Assembly: GCA_003427395.1 (NCBI GenBank)
Contig: BFEA01000033.1
Span: forward strand, 4,045,298-4,109,297
Length of the DNA: 64,000 bases
Direction: 5' to 3'
DNA from: Chara braunii
Taxonomy: Eukaryota > Plantae > Charophyceae
Shown: one piece after another, positions 12,983 to 26,617 of the stretch
How positions within the stretch are numbered: the stretch's first letter is position 1
How the letters are laid out: each line of letters opens with the position of its first letter
Notes under the pieces: generated by a model
What the model was told of the DNA's origin: nothing
The model's input: the letters and a program-made list of their open reading frames with translations, nothing else
The model's database searches: none
Translations under genes and position numbers: made by a program

Positions 12983-14352
12983 ATGAACGGGAGAGGCAGG
13001 GGTCGCGGAAGAGGACGCTGGTCAGGGTGCAGGAGGTACTGGGAGTTTAACACTCCATCCAATGTTACTCCGAATGTCGGCGCCGTACAAGCACCGACTC
13101 CGAATGGACAGGGGATTGCGCACGCACCAACAGCGTTTGCTCCTACCATGCTTCATGCGTATCCGTACGGCTGGATGCAGCCTCCTCCTGCTGCTCCACC
13201 CCCTCCACCTCCTCCACCTCCTCCATCTGGATAGGTGATTGCGCACGCGCCAACAACATATGCTCCACAAGCACCTTGGCCCTACGGGTTTCCAAACTAT
13301 CAACAACATCCGAAACCAACAGCCAACTCGCTCCCTGCTCCAGGGAACAGAGCGTGGTTTACGAGAGAGCACCTCGAGTTGATCGAGAAATGGAAAAGTC
13401 AGGATGCGGAGGAGTCGTCGATGAAGAAGGATGCAGATTTGGAAAGTAGCAAGAACATCGCTTTGAAGAAGGCGAAAGGGAAGGTTGCTTCCAGTAACGA
13501 GGATGGGGAATCGAGTCTGAAGACATGGATGGCCGAGAACTTTGGCGCATCACTAAAACGGATCGCCGATAAGCTTGAAGTCGTCGACAAGAAAACGAAG
13601 GCTGCCGACAAGCATCAAGAAGAACTAGCGAAGAAGATCAAAGAACTGCACGAACGCAAGAACGAGTCAAGGAGCAACGAGAAGAGGAAGAGGATAGTGG
13701 GGAACAATTCGCATGCAGAACGACTGAGATCGAAGTCGAAATCTCGCAGCGGCGGGGTGAAAATCAGGCAACCCAGGATTCTATTGTCATCAGATGAAGA
13801 AAACTCAGAGAAATGCGCTCAGAAGGCCCTGATTGAAGGGCAACCCAATGCGCAACCAAGCAACGAAGTGCAATTGGAGGATATAATAAAGATGCTTGAG
13901 ATTATGGCATGGAAGATATCACGAGGTGCAGAAAACGCGACATCAGACCACAAGATGGATGACAAGGGGAAAGGGAAGATGTCAGTCATCGCGAAAGAAG
14001 ATACTCCGGTGGTAGAAGGAGAAGACTCCGACGATGAGAGCGAGAAACGAAAGATCAACCGGAACACCAACTGCAACGCCGACGCCAAGGAGACCGGCAT
14101 CATCGAGTACATGTGACAGAGACTGGACCACTACATGGAGATGACGGGGAAGAAAGTGAAGAGCATCTGCATAAAGAGGGACATCAAATGGGAGAGGAAG
14201 GACAAATGCGCATGGGAACTAGCTAAACAAGACACGAAGAATCCACTCGACTGCTGAACGGAGACGAGTGTCCAGAGGACTCTGGCCAGGAAGAAGATGA
14301 CGATGGAACTGAAACTGAACGCGAAGACACCGGCGACGTGCCGTGGAACTAA
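12983..14352 (+). pseudogene. Penelope-like element upstream ORF1 (Pro-rich, coiled-coil, basic; possible SAP-like helix pair)
   Basis: Same-frame ORFs 12983-13234 and 13235-14116, continuing past a stop as QRLDHYMEMTGKKVKSICIKRDIKWERKDKCAWELA. Confidence 0.55.
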
Positions 14353-17265
14353 CTTGGAGTCGGAGGAGCTGTTTGAGAATTCTGCGAAGGATTAGCTCTG
14401 TGATGGCAGAGCAAGATGGAGACTGCAGAAAAGAGTTTAACTTGGAACGCGCTTTCACGATGGGGACTATGCTTGCTTGCGCGATGGGTTTCTTAAAATG
14501 GGGTTCGACCTTTATGAAATACTGGAAGAACTTGCCTGTTAATTGCCTTTCTAACGATGATATTGGTTGTTGTGTGTACCTACTAATATCACCGTTTTGC
14601 AAACACGTATATGTTGGTCAAACTAGTAGGCGGTTGTGCGAAAGATGGAAATAACATGTGAGATCTACATCCAATCCCACCTATAAAGTCCATAAGTGGC
14701 TTGAAAGAAGAGGAATACATTCTTATTGTGCTATCCCACTATGATGTGGACGAGAATGCGATCTGCGTACGATCGAGAGAAAGATTATTGCAGATGAGAA
14801 TCCTGACATCAATACAAGAAAAACCAAGGCCAGGAGAAAGCCACGAAGAACCATAAGGAAAGGAAATGTGAAAAGGCATGTACCTGGCAACCGATTACCT
14901 TTGCTTATGATCTGCCTGGCTCAATGGAACAAAGAACTAATCTAATGTGTTTGTTAAAGTATGTGAAAGGCAAAAAGAAACTTGTATTAATCTCGAGCTC
15001 TGGTGGGACTCGATGGGTTAACTCATGGCGCCTCATCAGACTCATGTACGACGAGTCCAAATTCAGAGACTGCGCAGGGTCCTACCTATTGAAAGATATG
15101 AAACATATGTTCAAAACTGGTGGCGCGTGGGAACTAACCTGCTTAGTAAGAACCGAATCCGAATCTGAAAAGAAGAAAACAAAACTCATAGGCTTACTCG
15201 GAGCACCATGGAGGAGAAGGACATTTTTGGAGGGGAAGAATGTGGTTGAACTCGTGAACCTTCCGAAAGGAATGAAGTGTATTAACACGAAGCGGGGGAG
15301 ACAGATTGTCAGAAGCCTGATTGCGAATGAATTGAAGAAGAGACTAGGATTTAACCCTAGAGAAATGATGAATGTTAAGATACCGTTTTGCTTGAGTATA
15401 GACAAAAGTGCCGTGACAAAAGAAGTATGCGAGTGGATTGCAAAGAGAGTCAGACCTGAGGAATTGGGCAACCTGATGCAGAGAAAACTGCGAGTGGTTT
15501 GGACTAAAGCCAAATCAGTTGCAGATATCTTGCATAACCATAAGGTAACTGCGTCGGAGATTGCTCCAGAATGTCAGTGCCACCGGTTCGAACTGCCCAA
15601 AGAAAACGGGCATGTACAGGTTAGGCTAAACGAAATCCCCGGGGTTGAAACCTTTTTGCACAACTCGAGAAACATACCGTTTCCCGAAAAAATTGCGAAT
15701 TTGAACAGCATCAATGAGGCTTGCCGGTCTGCTCTGACCCCTTTGACTAAACTTGGCATTTCAGATGTGTTCCGAATAAATCCATTGAAGATCACAAGAA
15801 CAGGGATTGTCGTCCCCACCGGGACCATCACCACCGAATATGCTACAAGCGTCAAAGGGGCTCTGCAGGGACTCACTCTTTCCCCTCTTGATTGAAACCC
15901 AGGAGCAACACTGGTGGAATACCCTGTACTGTATGTCGGTGGGATGCGAAAACCTTTAATGATAACGCTGATTTTGAGAAGATCGGTAACGATGAGCAAG
16001 GAGTTCTTAGTGGGATGCTAAAGGAATTCAAGATATTGAAGCTGGAAAAAATTGGAAGATGAGACGGGAAAGGAAAAATCCAGAACTCTTTCGTAATGAG
16101 TAAAGACAAAGATTTGAACAAGAAGACACCCATATTCCCATCATTCACAAGCCCACTGCGCCTCGTAAGCAGGACTGTGGTTAAAGTTCTGAACCTGTTG
16201 ATCCAGAAGACAAAGGAGAAGCACTTTAATCTGAATGCAGGAAAAGATCTGAAGAAGGACCTAGTCACGATCAAAGAGAATGCTTTCACGATCAAAGAGA
16301 ATGCTTTGAGAAATGACTGCGACATTATTGCGAGAACCTACGACACAAAAGAAATGTTCTAAAAAATACCCCACTCTGAGGTAAAGGATGCAGTAAAATG
16401 GATCTGTGACGAGTTGAGAGTTAAAGGGAGACAATGGGCAAGGGTAAAGACCAAGGGAAAAGGGGCATGCATTGGCAAATCCGTCGGAGAGTCCGGCTGG
16501 AAGTCAGTACATTTCAAAAGCCTGGAGAAATGTGTTGGCTTTATATTGGACAATGTGGTATTCAGATCCGTAGGAGAAATCCTCAGGCAAAAAAAGGGCA
16601 TCCCAATGAGCAGACAAGCTAGCCCCCCATTGGCTTGCCTCGTCTGCATGTTTGTTGAATCGAAGTTCCTGAAAGGACTTGGTAAAGACGAGAAATGTTT
16701 GTTTGGAAAAAGGTACATGGACGATTTGCTTCTGCTAGGACTGCACAACAAAAGGAAAGCAGGAGATAATACGAGAGTGGAACGAATCATGGATAAAATC
16801 TCCGGATGCTATCATCCCGAACTGCGCCTCGAAAGAACCGATAACAATGAAAATGTGGTCGAGTTCTTAGAAATGAAAATTTTCGTTCTGAATGAACCAA
16901 CAGAAGTATTCATCATGCATAAATTCAAAAACGCCACGAGCATTTGGGAGAATCCAAACAAACCCAGATATATGATTACTAGACACTTCTAGTCCTTTGC
17001 TCCGATGGAAAAGAGGATCGCTACTATCATTGGGACCTTGTACAGGATTCGGGCCAACACCAACAATGACGCGTTGCTCCCACAAACACTCATCACGTAC
17101 CACAGGGAATTGAAAGGAGCTGGGTACCCGAGTCAAGTCTTTCTAAAATCCTTGGAAATCATGGCCGGAAGGGTGGGAGGGACTATATGGCCTGAGTTAT
17201 CGAAGAGACTGGGAGGGTGCTACGGTGAATGGGACCCGGAATCAAGAAGACGGGGAATACGGTAA
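14343..17265 (+). pseudogene. Penelope-like element ORF2: GIY-YIG endonuclease + reverse transcriptase, disrupted
   Basis: CVYLLISPFCKHVYVGQTSRRLCERW (GIY-YIG), CQCH…GHV linker, TYDTKEMF, QKKGIPMSRQASP, RYMDD. Several stops and frameshifts. Confidence 0.85.
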
Positions 17266-17430
17266 AAAACGACGAACGAATGGCAGCGCAATTGGACTGG
17301 CGAACAAGGCCCGGATGACAGGGGGATTTCGAGAAGATACTCGAAGACAGAAGACGCGCCAGCTACGAAGTCAGTTCCGAGCCTACAAAACCTTTCGGGA
17401 ATCGGTATCCTCCACCGATAATGGTACTAT

Positions 17431-19901
17431 TGTGACGCCCCAACCTCACGCCCAACGCGACTTCCTGATCGGAGTAGGATGTGGGCCTGGAAGTGCGAAA
17501 AGGGGTGTGCCAAAGATTTTTGGGGAAAGTGGAGTCCCAGGACAGAACTGAGATCTCCTATGGCAGGCTTTTTCGGGGGCACGAGTGCAATTTGGCGGGG
17601 AGGGCGGATTGCCTCTGGTCACGAAGCAGATGGTACGCGTGGGTTGCTTAGGGTCGGGCGAGCCATTGGTTTTGGGGGCGGCGGTTTGCGGGAGGGTCCC
17701 TTCGGGGTGGATGTGGTTCCGATGACTCAGGCCGTCGGGAGTTGCCACATGGCGCCGGCCATCGAGCGTTTGGGTTGGGCCTCCGGGGCGCCGGGGTCCT
17801 CTGATCGCCGCGTCGTTGGCAGTTTCCACAGGGCGTACTGGGCCAGTATGGGCTATGGCCGGCCACGGGACGACGCAAAGTTGGTGATACGGAAGGAGGA
17901 GGCGAAAGGGAGGGAAACTGGCGGTGATAATGACATATCCGGGGTGGATGAAGTAGTAGGTATGGTCCGGAGAAGGGAAATCAGAGCATCGGGGGTCGCT
18001 AGTGGTAGCACAGTGGAATTCCCGAGGACACAGTCGGTTCTCGGTTAGGCAGGGGTATCTCTGTCGGAGGAGTTCGTTTATCCAAGGGGTGAAGTAATCT
18101 GGGTCGTATGATGAGTCAAAATTCCAGGACCGCGTCATTGTGTCATTGCGGTATTATGAGTTGCCTAAGGGCGGGTCCGCGGTGATCGCGATTGCTGCGT
18201 GCGAGCACGTGCAGGCCATGCGAATGGACGCGTGCTCGTGCGGGACGACTGCGCCGTTGCGGATTCCGGGATGGCCACTCCCAATCGGACAGGGCATCTG
18301 CGATCGATGGTCCTGACGAGTCGACACCCAGGGATACGTGTAAGTGCGCAACTCAGATCGCGTTTTACACGTGTCCTCGCGCGGCGTTCGCCAAGCCCGA
18401 CATCCGATCGTCTAATCACTCCGTGCTGTTCTGAGCATGCAAGATGCAATGATCGCAACCAGCTCGATCAAAAGACAAGCAAAGACAAGGACAGGACTAT
18501 CGATTGCGCAAAATTCCTATTCTACACACGAGTGCATCGAATGCAACAAACGAAAGCAAAGACAAGGGTTCCCAACAAAAAGATAGGCAATCAAACATGG
18601 CATCCATACATCCATCCATTCAGTAATCATACACATAACACATCAGAGATGGAAGAATCGCGAGGGCAAATGTGAGCAAAAACCCAAGCCCAGATTCCGA
18701 GAAACAGAAAGGGAAAACAAAAACGGGCGAATCGCCCGAAGCCGTAAATCAAAATTTATGTACACAGGCAAAGAGGGGGAAAAGACAAAGAATCAGCAAA
18801 TCCGCATCCATCCACCTCAACTCTCTCTTCCTCTCTCTCTTCTTCTCTTATGCGGACAGTCCGTCGTCGCGCACCAACCCACGAAGTCGTCACCCCGCTT
18901 AGTCCTCCCGCACCCGTCTGGTTCGCCCGCGCCCGCAGTCCGTCGTGGCCTGCGTCAACCCCGCGCGTTTGGCACCAGCTTGTCGGGTCGCCCGGCTCCT
19001 GCTCTACTCACCTCTTGCTTCGTTCGTGTGCCAACCCTCTCTGATCGCGCAACCCCGAGCTTCCAACTGCTGGTTAGGAGAGCTAACTAATCGTGCAGCC
19101 GGAATTTATAGCGTGCATGCGTGCTCGAAGAACACGGAATTATCGGGACTTAGAAGACGGGAAGGGGGAGGGATTGCCTACATCTGCATGGTTTGATCGC
19201 GGCATGGGGGACGTAGCCGCTCTCCACACATCGATCCGATCATGCAGACCGCGGCTACCAAAGACGCAGCAAAAGAAAGAGAAGAAGGGCGGAAAAGACG
19301 AAGCGCAAGAAGAAAGATACAGTTACAATGGCGCCCGCCCAAAATTACAGTTACACACACGATTAAAGGCGCCTACTAATCAGAGTTCCGTTGCAGCCGC
19401 ATAAAGAAGCGCGTAGACAAAAAGCGCCGCGCGACAAGGAAAATCCTCATTACGAAATTCCTAAATTCCTATCTAATGCGAAGAAGCAAAAAACACAAAT
19501 TCCAGAAAAAAAGTCCGAAATTCCGAGAGCCATCGGGGCTCGTCAAAATTCGAAAAAGATTTAAAAGAAAAATTCAAAAAGAACGAAGCAAATTCCCGCG
19601 CGATGTCCACGCCCAAAAGTTTGGAACCGAAACAAACGAAACGACGTCAACATTTATCAATCGCGCGCGCGGTGGCGCGCCAGCCATTCGGTCAACCAAT
19701 CAATCAACCAACCGTCCTACGACACACTCGGCTCCGAACCCAGCCATTCGAAAAGAAGCGACGAAAAAGACGAAAAAGCAAGGACACTGATGCAATTTCC
19801 CACCGATCCCGATCTCCCGTAATTGGCCCAGCCTTCCCAACTTAGGACCCCTCATTGCAACCGCGCAGAAAGTCGCGCGTTACAGAAAGTGGTTCGTCAC
19901 A
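17431..19901 (-). repeat. 3' LTR of gypsy copy 1 (~2.47 kb)
   Basis: On the minus strand it begins TGTGACGAACC and ends GGGGCGTCACA. TATA-like cgctataaatt near 19110. Homologous to the solo LTR and to the array units. Confidence 0.8.
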
Positions 19902-20306
19902 TATGTGACGCCCAGGGGGTTCCAATATTACCAAGCTCCTGCTTGCTTGTTGACACATGTCGATTTCTCTAATCGACGGACACGCGGAGCTCTTTTTTCT
20001 ATGCCACTTTATATTCCTGCCAGTCTGCGCTAAACAGGAGCACATGAAGGAGAAAGGAATCAACCACAGAGCGGGTGGTGGCATGTGGATAACCGGAGAC
20101 TAGGAGGCGGGTAGCGTAAAGATGGTAGAAAAGGTGATGGGGGAAAGGACACCAACCATCGGGGAACGGGGGTCTATCAGGAAGACGGGTAAGCATGAGG
20201 TAGTCACGGGGTCGGTGAGAGAACGACCGGGGACGAAGCCCGAACGCGGAGATCTTGATGTAGACGAATGGAGGACCGGGACAGGGAGCCAGAAGAAGCT
20301 GGCGAT

Positions 20307-21688
20307 TCACTTCTTTCTTCTTCTTCTCCGCGATCCCTCTGCTGCGGTTCCATCGTCTTCTTCTTCTGGCGGCTCCGGATCACGCCACGGATCCCCGATC
20401 GATGAAACGTTTGTCGTGGGTCGCTTTCCCTCCGCAGTCTCTTGGCACTTCCGTTTCCTCTGCTCTTCCTCTTCGTTCTTTTCCCGCGGCTGGCTCGATC
20501 CGCTGGCTATCCCCGCTTTTCTTTTAGGGACGTAGTCTGGATCGTCCCGTTCTTCACTCGATGGCTCTTCTTCGTCCTCCTCTTCGTCTGCCCCCCCTAT
20601 CTCCTCGTCCTGCGCCGCGTTTCTCCTCGCGATCGGGTCCCAAAACGTGAGATCGGTAACGTCAATCTCCAAGTAGAGCGCCTGGGAGGGATAGAGACAG
20701 TTGTCGTCGTCAATCTCTCTGTACACGTGGACCACACAGGGTGCGGCTCGAGCGTTCGAGACAGCACGTGGGTGTCAGGCTACTGGTCACTGCGTGACAA
20801 GATGTCTAGGGGGAGATCATCCACCAGCTGAGTCAGAAACACCAGCAACTCGTCCGTGATCAAGGTGAGATTGCCCTCCTCCACCTTCCCGAATACGAAT
20901 CCCAGCAGATCGCCCTGCTCCGCCGTTCTCCAGGCTTGGATGATCAGAAGCTCCACGCTGTCCTCTAGGTGCTTTGGTCCTTCTCCGAACGGGGCCGCTT
21001 CTGACCAGCAGAACTCTATCTCCAATAGACAGAACGCAAGCTCAATGTAGTCCTCCCACCACGCGTCCCACTTCTCTTCGCTCAATAGCAGCGCACTGTT
21101 CTCCTTAATACGGTAGGAGAGAGTAGGGGCCCGCGCAGACTGCCAAAGGGTGGGGATGCTGGAGGGGAGGCCGAAATAGGAGACGCGACGATAACTCATT
21201 GGGGCGGCGTGAAGGGACGAAGCTCCGGAAGCACGATTGCTAACGACCTTCGAGACGAGCGGAGCTAGAAGTCCGTGTCATGCGCCGGCACGACCGTATC
21301 TCCTCGTCGAGCAAGGAGATCTGTCCACGCTGCCCGCACTTCCCCGGCCCAGGCGCGCAACGTCCGATAGATGTCGGAGTGAATCGCCGGCGGGATCGCT
21401 GTGATATCCCCTGTAAAGACAACGACGACGGCGATATGGCTAATCCCGAGGGGGGATAGCCGTCAGAAGGCCGAGATCTCGGCCAGAACGTGCGTAGTTG
21501 CCTCCTCCGTGAATCGGAACTCCGCCGCCGTGTAGATCGCCGCCGTGTAGATCGCCGCCGTGCCGAAGAAGGCTGCGAACCGGAGGAGATTAGAGCAGAG
21601 ATGGGGCCGCTGCACCTGCCGTTTGACACTGATTCGCCCCCGCGGAGTAAGTAGCCGCACGCCGATCACTTGCTCCGTTGCAAACCTC
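20307..21688 (-). pseudogene. Extra sense-strand ORF downstream of pol, unknown function
   Basis: Fragments MRFATEQVIG…, 20780-21199 and 20307-20735 have globular-looking composition and an acidic/basic tail. Confidence 0.5.
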
Positions 21689-21849
21689 ATTGTGATGGTG
21701 ACAGAGTAATAGAGAAAGAAAAGGAAGGAGACGGAGAGACAGGAGATAGGTAGTCGTCGCCCTCTTCTGCAGTGGAGGAGGAATCGGATGAGTGCGAAGA
21801 TGGGGAAGGAGAGAGGACGAAGGTAGGACACGTGGCGGATGACCGGGCG

Positions 21850-24800
21850 AGCCGATCGGCTGCTGGAGACCTCAGGCGCAAGCCGCACGGTATTCACGCC
21901 GTTTCGTCGGAGTTCGATCACGCGGAATCGCCCGAAGAATCGTGGCGCTAGCTTACCCTGGCGAGCACATTTCCTCACCTGCACGATGTCCCCTAATTTG
22001 CACTGGGGCCGTGGGCCCGCGTCCCCATTCCGGGCCTCGTAACTTCGGATCTGTCGGCCTTGGGCCAACTCGGTCATTCTGTGTCGTTTTCGGGCTAGTC
22101 TGGGCAGGGACCGTTCCATTAATTCTAAGTGTCGTTTGGCCTTGTCCCGAGCCGTGGCCCTGGTGGGTCGCCGGTTCAGTGTAGATTCATCCGAGAGGCT
22201 TGGTATCGAAACGCAAGCGACGCTATTGGTCCTTAGTTGGAAGAGACTTAGCCCCGTCGATTCGTGAGGTGTACCGCGATGAACCGCCAGGATGTGGTCG
22301 ACGATATCGGGCCAGGGCCTCGGATCCCGTGCCGCGATATGTCGGTAGTATCCATGCTGACTCTTTGAAAAGGCCGTTCAACTATCGTTGGCACTATCGA
22401 TCTTGGCGGCTGGATCGGCGCTTTATCAGCGGCGCAGACTTGATAGTTGGCGACGATGTACTTCACATCGTCGCGGATATTGGACCAGTACCACTCATTT
22501 TTGTCGATAGTCGACTCTGTGATCGGTACGGCGAAATGAGCCGCAGTCTCTTCATGTGCCGTCTTAACCCAGTCGTACCTCATGAACGGATGCGGTACAA
22601 CCATCCAAATCCCACTGCCGTCTGTTTTCCGTTTTTCTAACCTACCTTCTATCCATCGATAATCCCGAGCCCTCTCGTTAGCCCTCCTCCGAGCTTCCTT
22701 GGTGAAATCCTGGAGGGGGTTACCCACTAAGGTGGCAATCAAGGCGATATCAGTCCATACTTCGACCCTTCTAAACTTCCGGGTCTTTTCCAACCCTTTT
22801 GACGTGGCATCCAAAAAGCGAGGCTCGGTTGGAATCTTGTCAGTCCGACACAAGGGGCACAACCACGGTTTACTGTCGTTTCTGTATTGGATGCACGAGC
22901 CATGGGCTCGTGCGACACACTGTCGGCAATGTATCCATTCCGCATACCCTTCCCCGTTAGGACGCATGGAGTACGAGTACACGCGGGAGATAGCTTCGCA
23001 AAAATAGCAAAATTTGTCAGGCAGGGAGAGGAGAGACGAAGAGCAGAGGGGAGAAAGAGGGGTAGTGGGGTTACCTCCATCACCCATTGTCACCGTTCTG
23101 CTTCTTGCCACGTGGGAGAACTGCCACTTGTCCGTACTTAGGCTCGTTTGTCAAGTTCGGCTCCTTCCACGGTGTGATTTCCTCGCCCTTTGGTACTTTA
23201 GCAGGTCGATGCAGACGTGTCAGTCCGTCCGCGTTGCCGTGTCGCTCTGTCTTTCGATGAACGATATCGAAGTCGTACTCTTGTAGTCGCACCGCCCAAC
23301 GACCAATCATGCCCGTGTAATTAGTGAGCTTCTTCAACGCCAACAAAGGTTCGTGATCTGTTACGAGGCGAAACTTTTGTCCGTAGAGATACGGATGGAA
23401 GTGCTGGATTCCCCAGACTACTGCATAGCATTCGCCTTGAGGTGCTGAGTCATTCCTTCTCTCGTCTGGCACCGTGCGCGACGCGTACTCGATGACATGC
23501 TCGCGACCATCGTTCCCCTTCTGCGCTAGAATAGCATAAATAGCTTTCGGTTGCCAGTCTGTGATAAGAATGAACTGTTTGGAGGGGTCCGGTCGAATCA
23601 AAATAGGTGTCGTCGCCGGAGCGTTATTGAGGGTTGCGAAGGCCTGTTCACACTCCACGTCCCAACTGAGAGGCTGGTCCTTTCGTAGCAGGTTTGTTAG
23701 TGCCCGTGCACTCGCGATGAAGCCCTTGATGAAACAGCGATAGTACGATGCCAATCCCAAGAAGGCTCGAACCTGCGTCAGCGACGTGGGAACCGGAGCT
23801 TCTCTTACCGCCGCGACCTTTCCCGAGTCAGGCCGCAGTCCTCCACGCGTCACGACGTAGCCCAAGAATGAAATTCCCGAAAAGCTCTTTTCGAGTGCGA
23901 TCCTGAATCCAGCATCCCTCAGTGCTCCCAGCGTCCACTCAATGTGTTGTGCATACCCGTGATAGGTCTCCGAGTAGACAAGGATGTCATCCATGTATAC
24001 GATCACGCAGAAGTTGATCATTCACTGAGTTAGCCGCGTCTGCCCTCAAACAGCACGAAGGCCGTCTTCGGCCTATCTTCCTCCATGACCAGGATGTGAT
24101 GGAAGCCATGCCGAATATCAAACTTACTAAAATAATTAGCGCATCCAATCGCATTCAGCAAATCATCGATCCGGGGGAGGGGATACACATCTTTGATCGT
24201 GACTTGGGTAGATCCGTTATATCGCAATAGTGTTTCTTGTCCTTATATCGGGCGAGGAGAGGGGAGATTCCTTCGTACAGGGTTTGAGGGGGTTCCAAAG
24301 AATCGACCATCCTCGAAATTTGTACGAGGGGTTCTCCCAAAATCATCGCCTTGGTTCGTTGGATGTTCCGATTAGTTAGGTGCATTGTTCTTGGGATCGT
24401 TCGGGGCGGCGGGTAATAAATACGCTGTCGCGCTAGCTTCAAGATTTTCGGATCATTTTCGTCACTGCTATCCGCATCCTTCGATGATGGCTCATTGTCT
24501 GCAGAGTCTTCCCAGGCGATCATACGGAGAGTCCCCGCTAACATCGGCGAAACTCGCGGAACTGCGTTGATGGTAGTACGAAGGGTCAGTCTCATTGGTA
24601 CAGCATAGAGCTTTCCTCCTGTATTTCGGAGGATGATTGACCTTCGCTCGAAGTCCAAGTTCGCTCGTAATGCCACAAGAGTGGGAAGTCCAAAAAGAAC
24701 GTCGTAGGTATTTACATCTAACACCACAACATCTCCCAGTGCATGCACTTTTCCCAATCAGAAAGCGACATTGGTCATTCTTCCCACCATTTTAATCTTC

Positions 24801-25336
24801 TCTTCATCTGCCGATACGAGCTGATCTTTTTCCGAAAGCATGATCAGGTCGTTTTTCCTGCTTGCCCTCTCAACTACTCTTAGCGAGATAGCCAAAACAG
24901 CGGCTCCCGAATCGATGATTGCATTGTACGGAATTCCCCAGATTTCAATGTCGCATTCCGCAGATTTCCAGCGGATGGGTTTAATCCGAAGAAAATTATC
25001 ATCTTTCTGCATTAGTCCTACCTGTATTGAATCTGACGTGCCGGTCGCGTTTTCGTCTGGCGTGGGGCCTTTCGCTTTTATGTTTGGTGTTCGAGCGAGG
25101 GCGAATCGTTTCCGATTCGCCTTGCAGTGTTGTAACATCCGCTCATTAGCCTGTTCAGAGATCGAGAGCAAATGGCCGATCGGGAGTGGAATCCGATGGT
25201 CCAAAGCTCGGACGATGTTCAGTCCATCAATTTCCCCAGTGACAAAAGTGGGTCCTCCCGACTCCATTTCTCTTGGAGAGGGTCGCCACTCTGCCACTTC
25301 TTTCTGTTCTGGTGCCGGCCTGATCGTTCCGATCAT
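21850..25336 (-). pseudogene. gypsy pol: aspartic protease, RT, RNase H, PHD finger, integrase (core deleted)
   Basis: AIIDSGAA; YPLPRIDDL, FSKFDIRHGFHHI, KTAF; VYMDDIL; TDWQ…ECYAVVWG…TDH…NADGLTR; HEETAAH…C, PFQRVSMDT; KLAPRFFGRF (GPY/F-like). Confidence 0.9.
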
Positions 25337-25454
25337 TCTGAGGCCAGGCCCAGCGATACATACTGATCTAACGGAAAAAGCTCGGCAGCTTCTTCCGTGG
25401 TTGCTAGCGCACTTCCCACACCTTCCATTTCTTCCATGAGAGCTCCGACCCTCC

Positions 25455-26476
25455 CTAGTCCGTTAGCGATGGGGGCCGCTGCCATCGGTGCGACCCCGAC
25501 TCGTCATGGGCCAGATGCCCTGGCTGATGGCATGCATAACAAACATTCAGATTGTTTGCGGCTCCCCCAAGAGTGGGCGTCGGGGCCAGCCCTTGTTGGA
25601 TTGGAGGGGCGCATACTGTGATGGGCCGCATGTTCCTCATCATGGCTTCCAATCGAGCGGTATGCTCCCGTTGTTCCTTTTTGCTTTCCTGGATTAGACT
25701 AACCAAGGTTTTGGTCAGTTCGAGTATGGCAGTTGATTCATTCGATCGTACGAGATTCTCAACTGGAGGCAGGGGTGCCGTTCTTACAGGCGTTGGCATT
25801 ACAGGGACAGGGACACTCGGGATCTCACTTGGAACTGGTCGTTTAGGGGCTATCTGTTCCATTTAGGTGACAGGACATGACACAAACCCCATGTTTTCAA
25901 ATTTGTTTTGCAGCGCAGCTAGTTCAGCTCTGGCTCTTATGAGTTCGGACGAATCTCCTTCCCTAGAGTAGTCTTCTCCTTCCAGGAAGTTCGCCGCGAA
26001 CTTCCATTCCATTTCTTCTGCGGCGGCCATGATCTGCTGTAGCGTATGATTGATGGGGGAAAACTGCTTTCGCAGCTTCGCCCTTATTGTTCGGTTGCGG
26101 AGTCCGTTTATGAACAAATCTCTCCCTACTTTCTCGCCTCGCTCAGTTTTCACAAATATTCGGTAGAACCGGTTGCAATACTCTGCGACGGATTCGAGAG
26201 GTTTTTGCACTCGGTCTGAAGATCTACCCATACATAGGTACTAAACCAGTGATGAGCATCTCCTCCTAATCAAGCGGGGATGTTTGCCTGAGCTTCGTTA
26301 TCGTCATACTGCTGTGCTTGGAGCGTGGCCAACCAGGCTCCTGCCAGGTGGTGCGCAGGATCAAATAGATAGAGATCAGGTGGCGTCATGGGAGCCCGTG
26401 CTCGTGGGGCGGGTTGATTAGGATTCGGTTGATTAGCATTCTGTTGCGGATTCGGGTTTTGCACATTAGCAGCCAT
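25455..26476 (-). pseudogene. gypsy gag
   Basis: QKPLESVAEYCNRF capsid-like motif and CYACHQPGHLAHD zinc knuckle. Confidence 0.8.
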
Positions 26477-26617
26477 ATTGGCTGCTCGTCGATTAGCCGA
26501 TCTGCTTCGGGTGATGACAGGGTCGCGTCTATGCGCGTTCCGGGGGCGAGGCCACCCTCGGTTAGCCAGATCGCCTAATTAGCGTGCTATTAACCCTAAG
26601 ACCTAGCCACGTGTCGG

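Larger units (their letters stand above)
11955..17430 (+). mobile_element. Penelope-like retroelement with N-terminal endonuclease (Chlamys/Naiad-type architecture) and ~250-bp terminal direct repeats
   Basis: 11955-12206 is nearly identical to 17182-17430. GIY-YIG lies upstream of RT. The 3' repeat is cut by the gypsy LTR at 17431. Confidence 0.85.

Noticed and set aside
17446-18138. 230-aa ORF within the LTR
   Set aside because: The frame is not preserved in the 5' LTR copy (26630-27185), and there is no recognisable domain.
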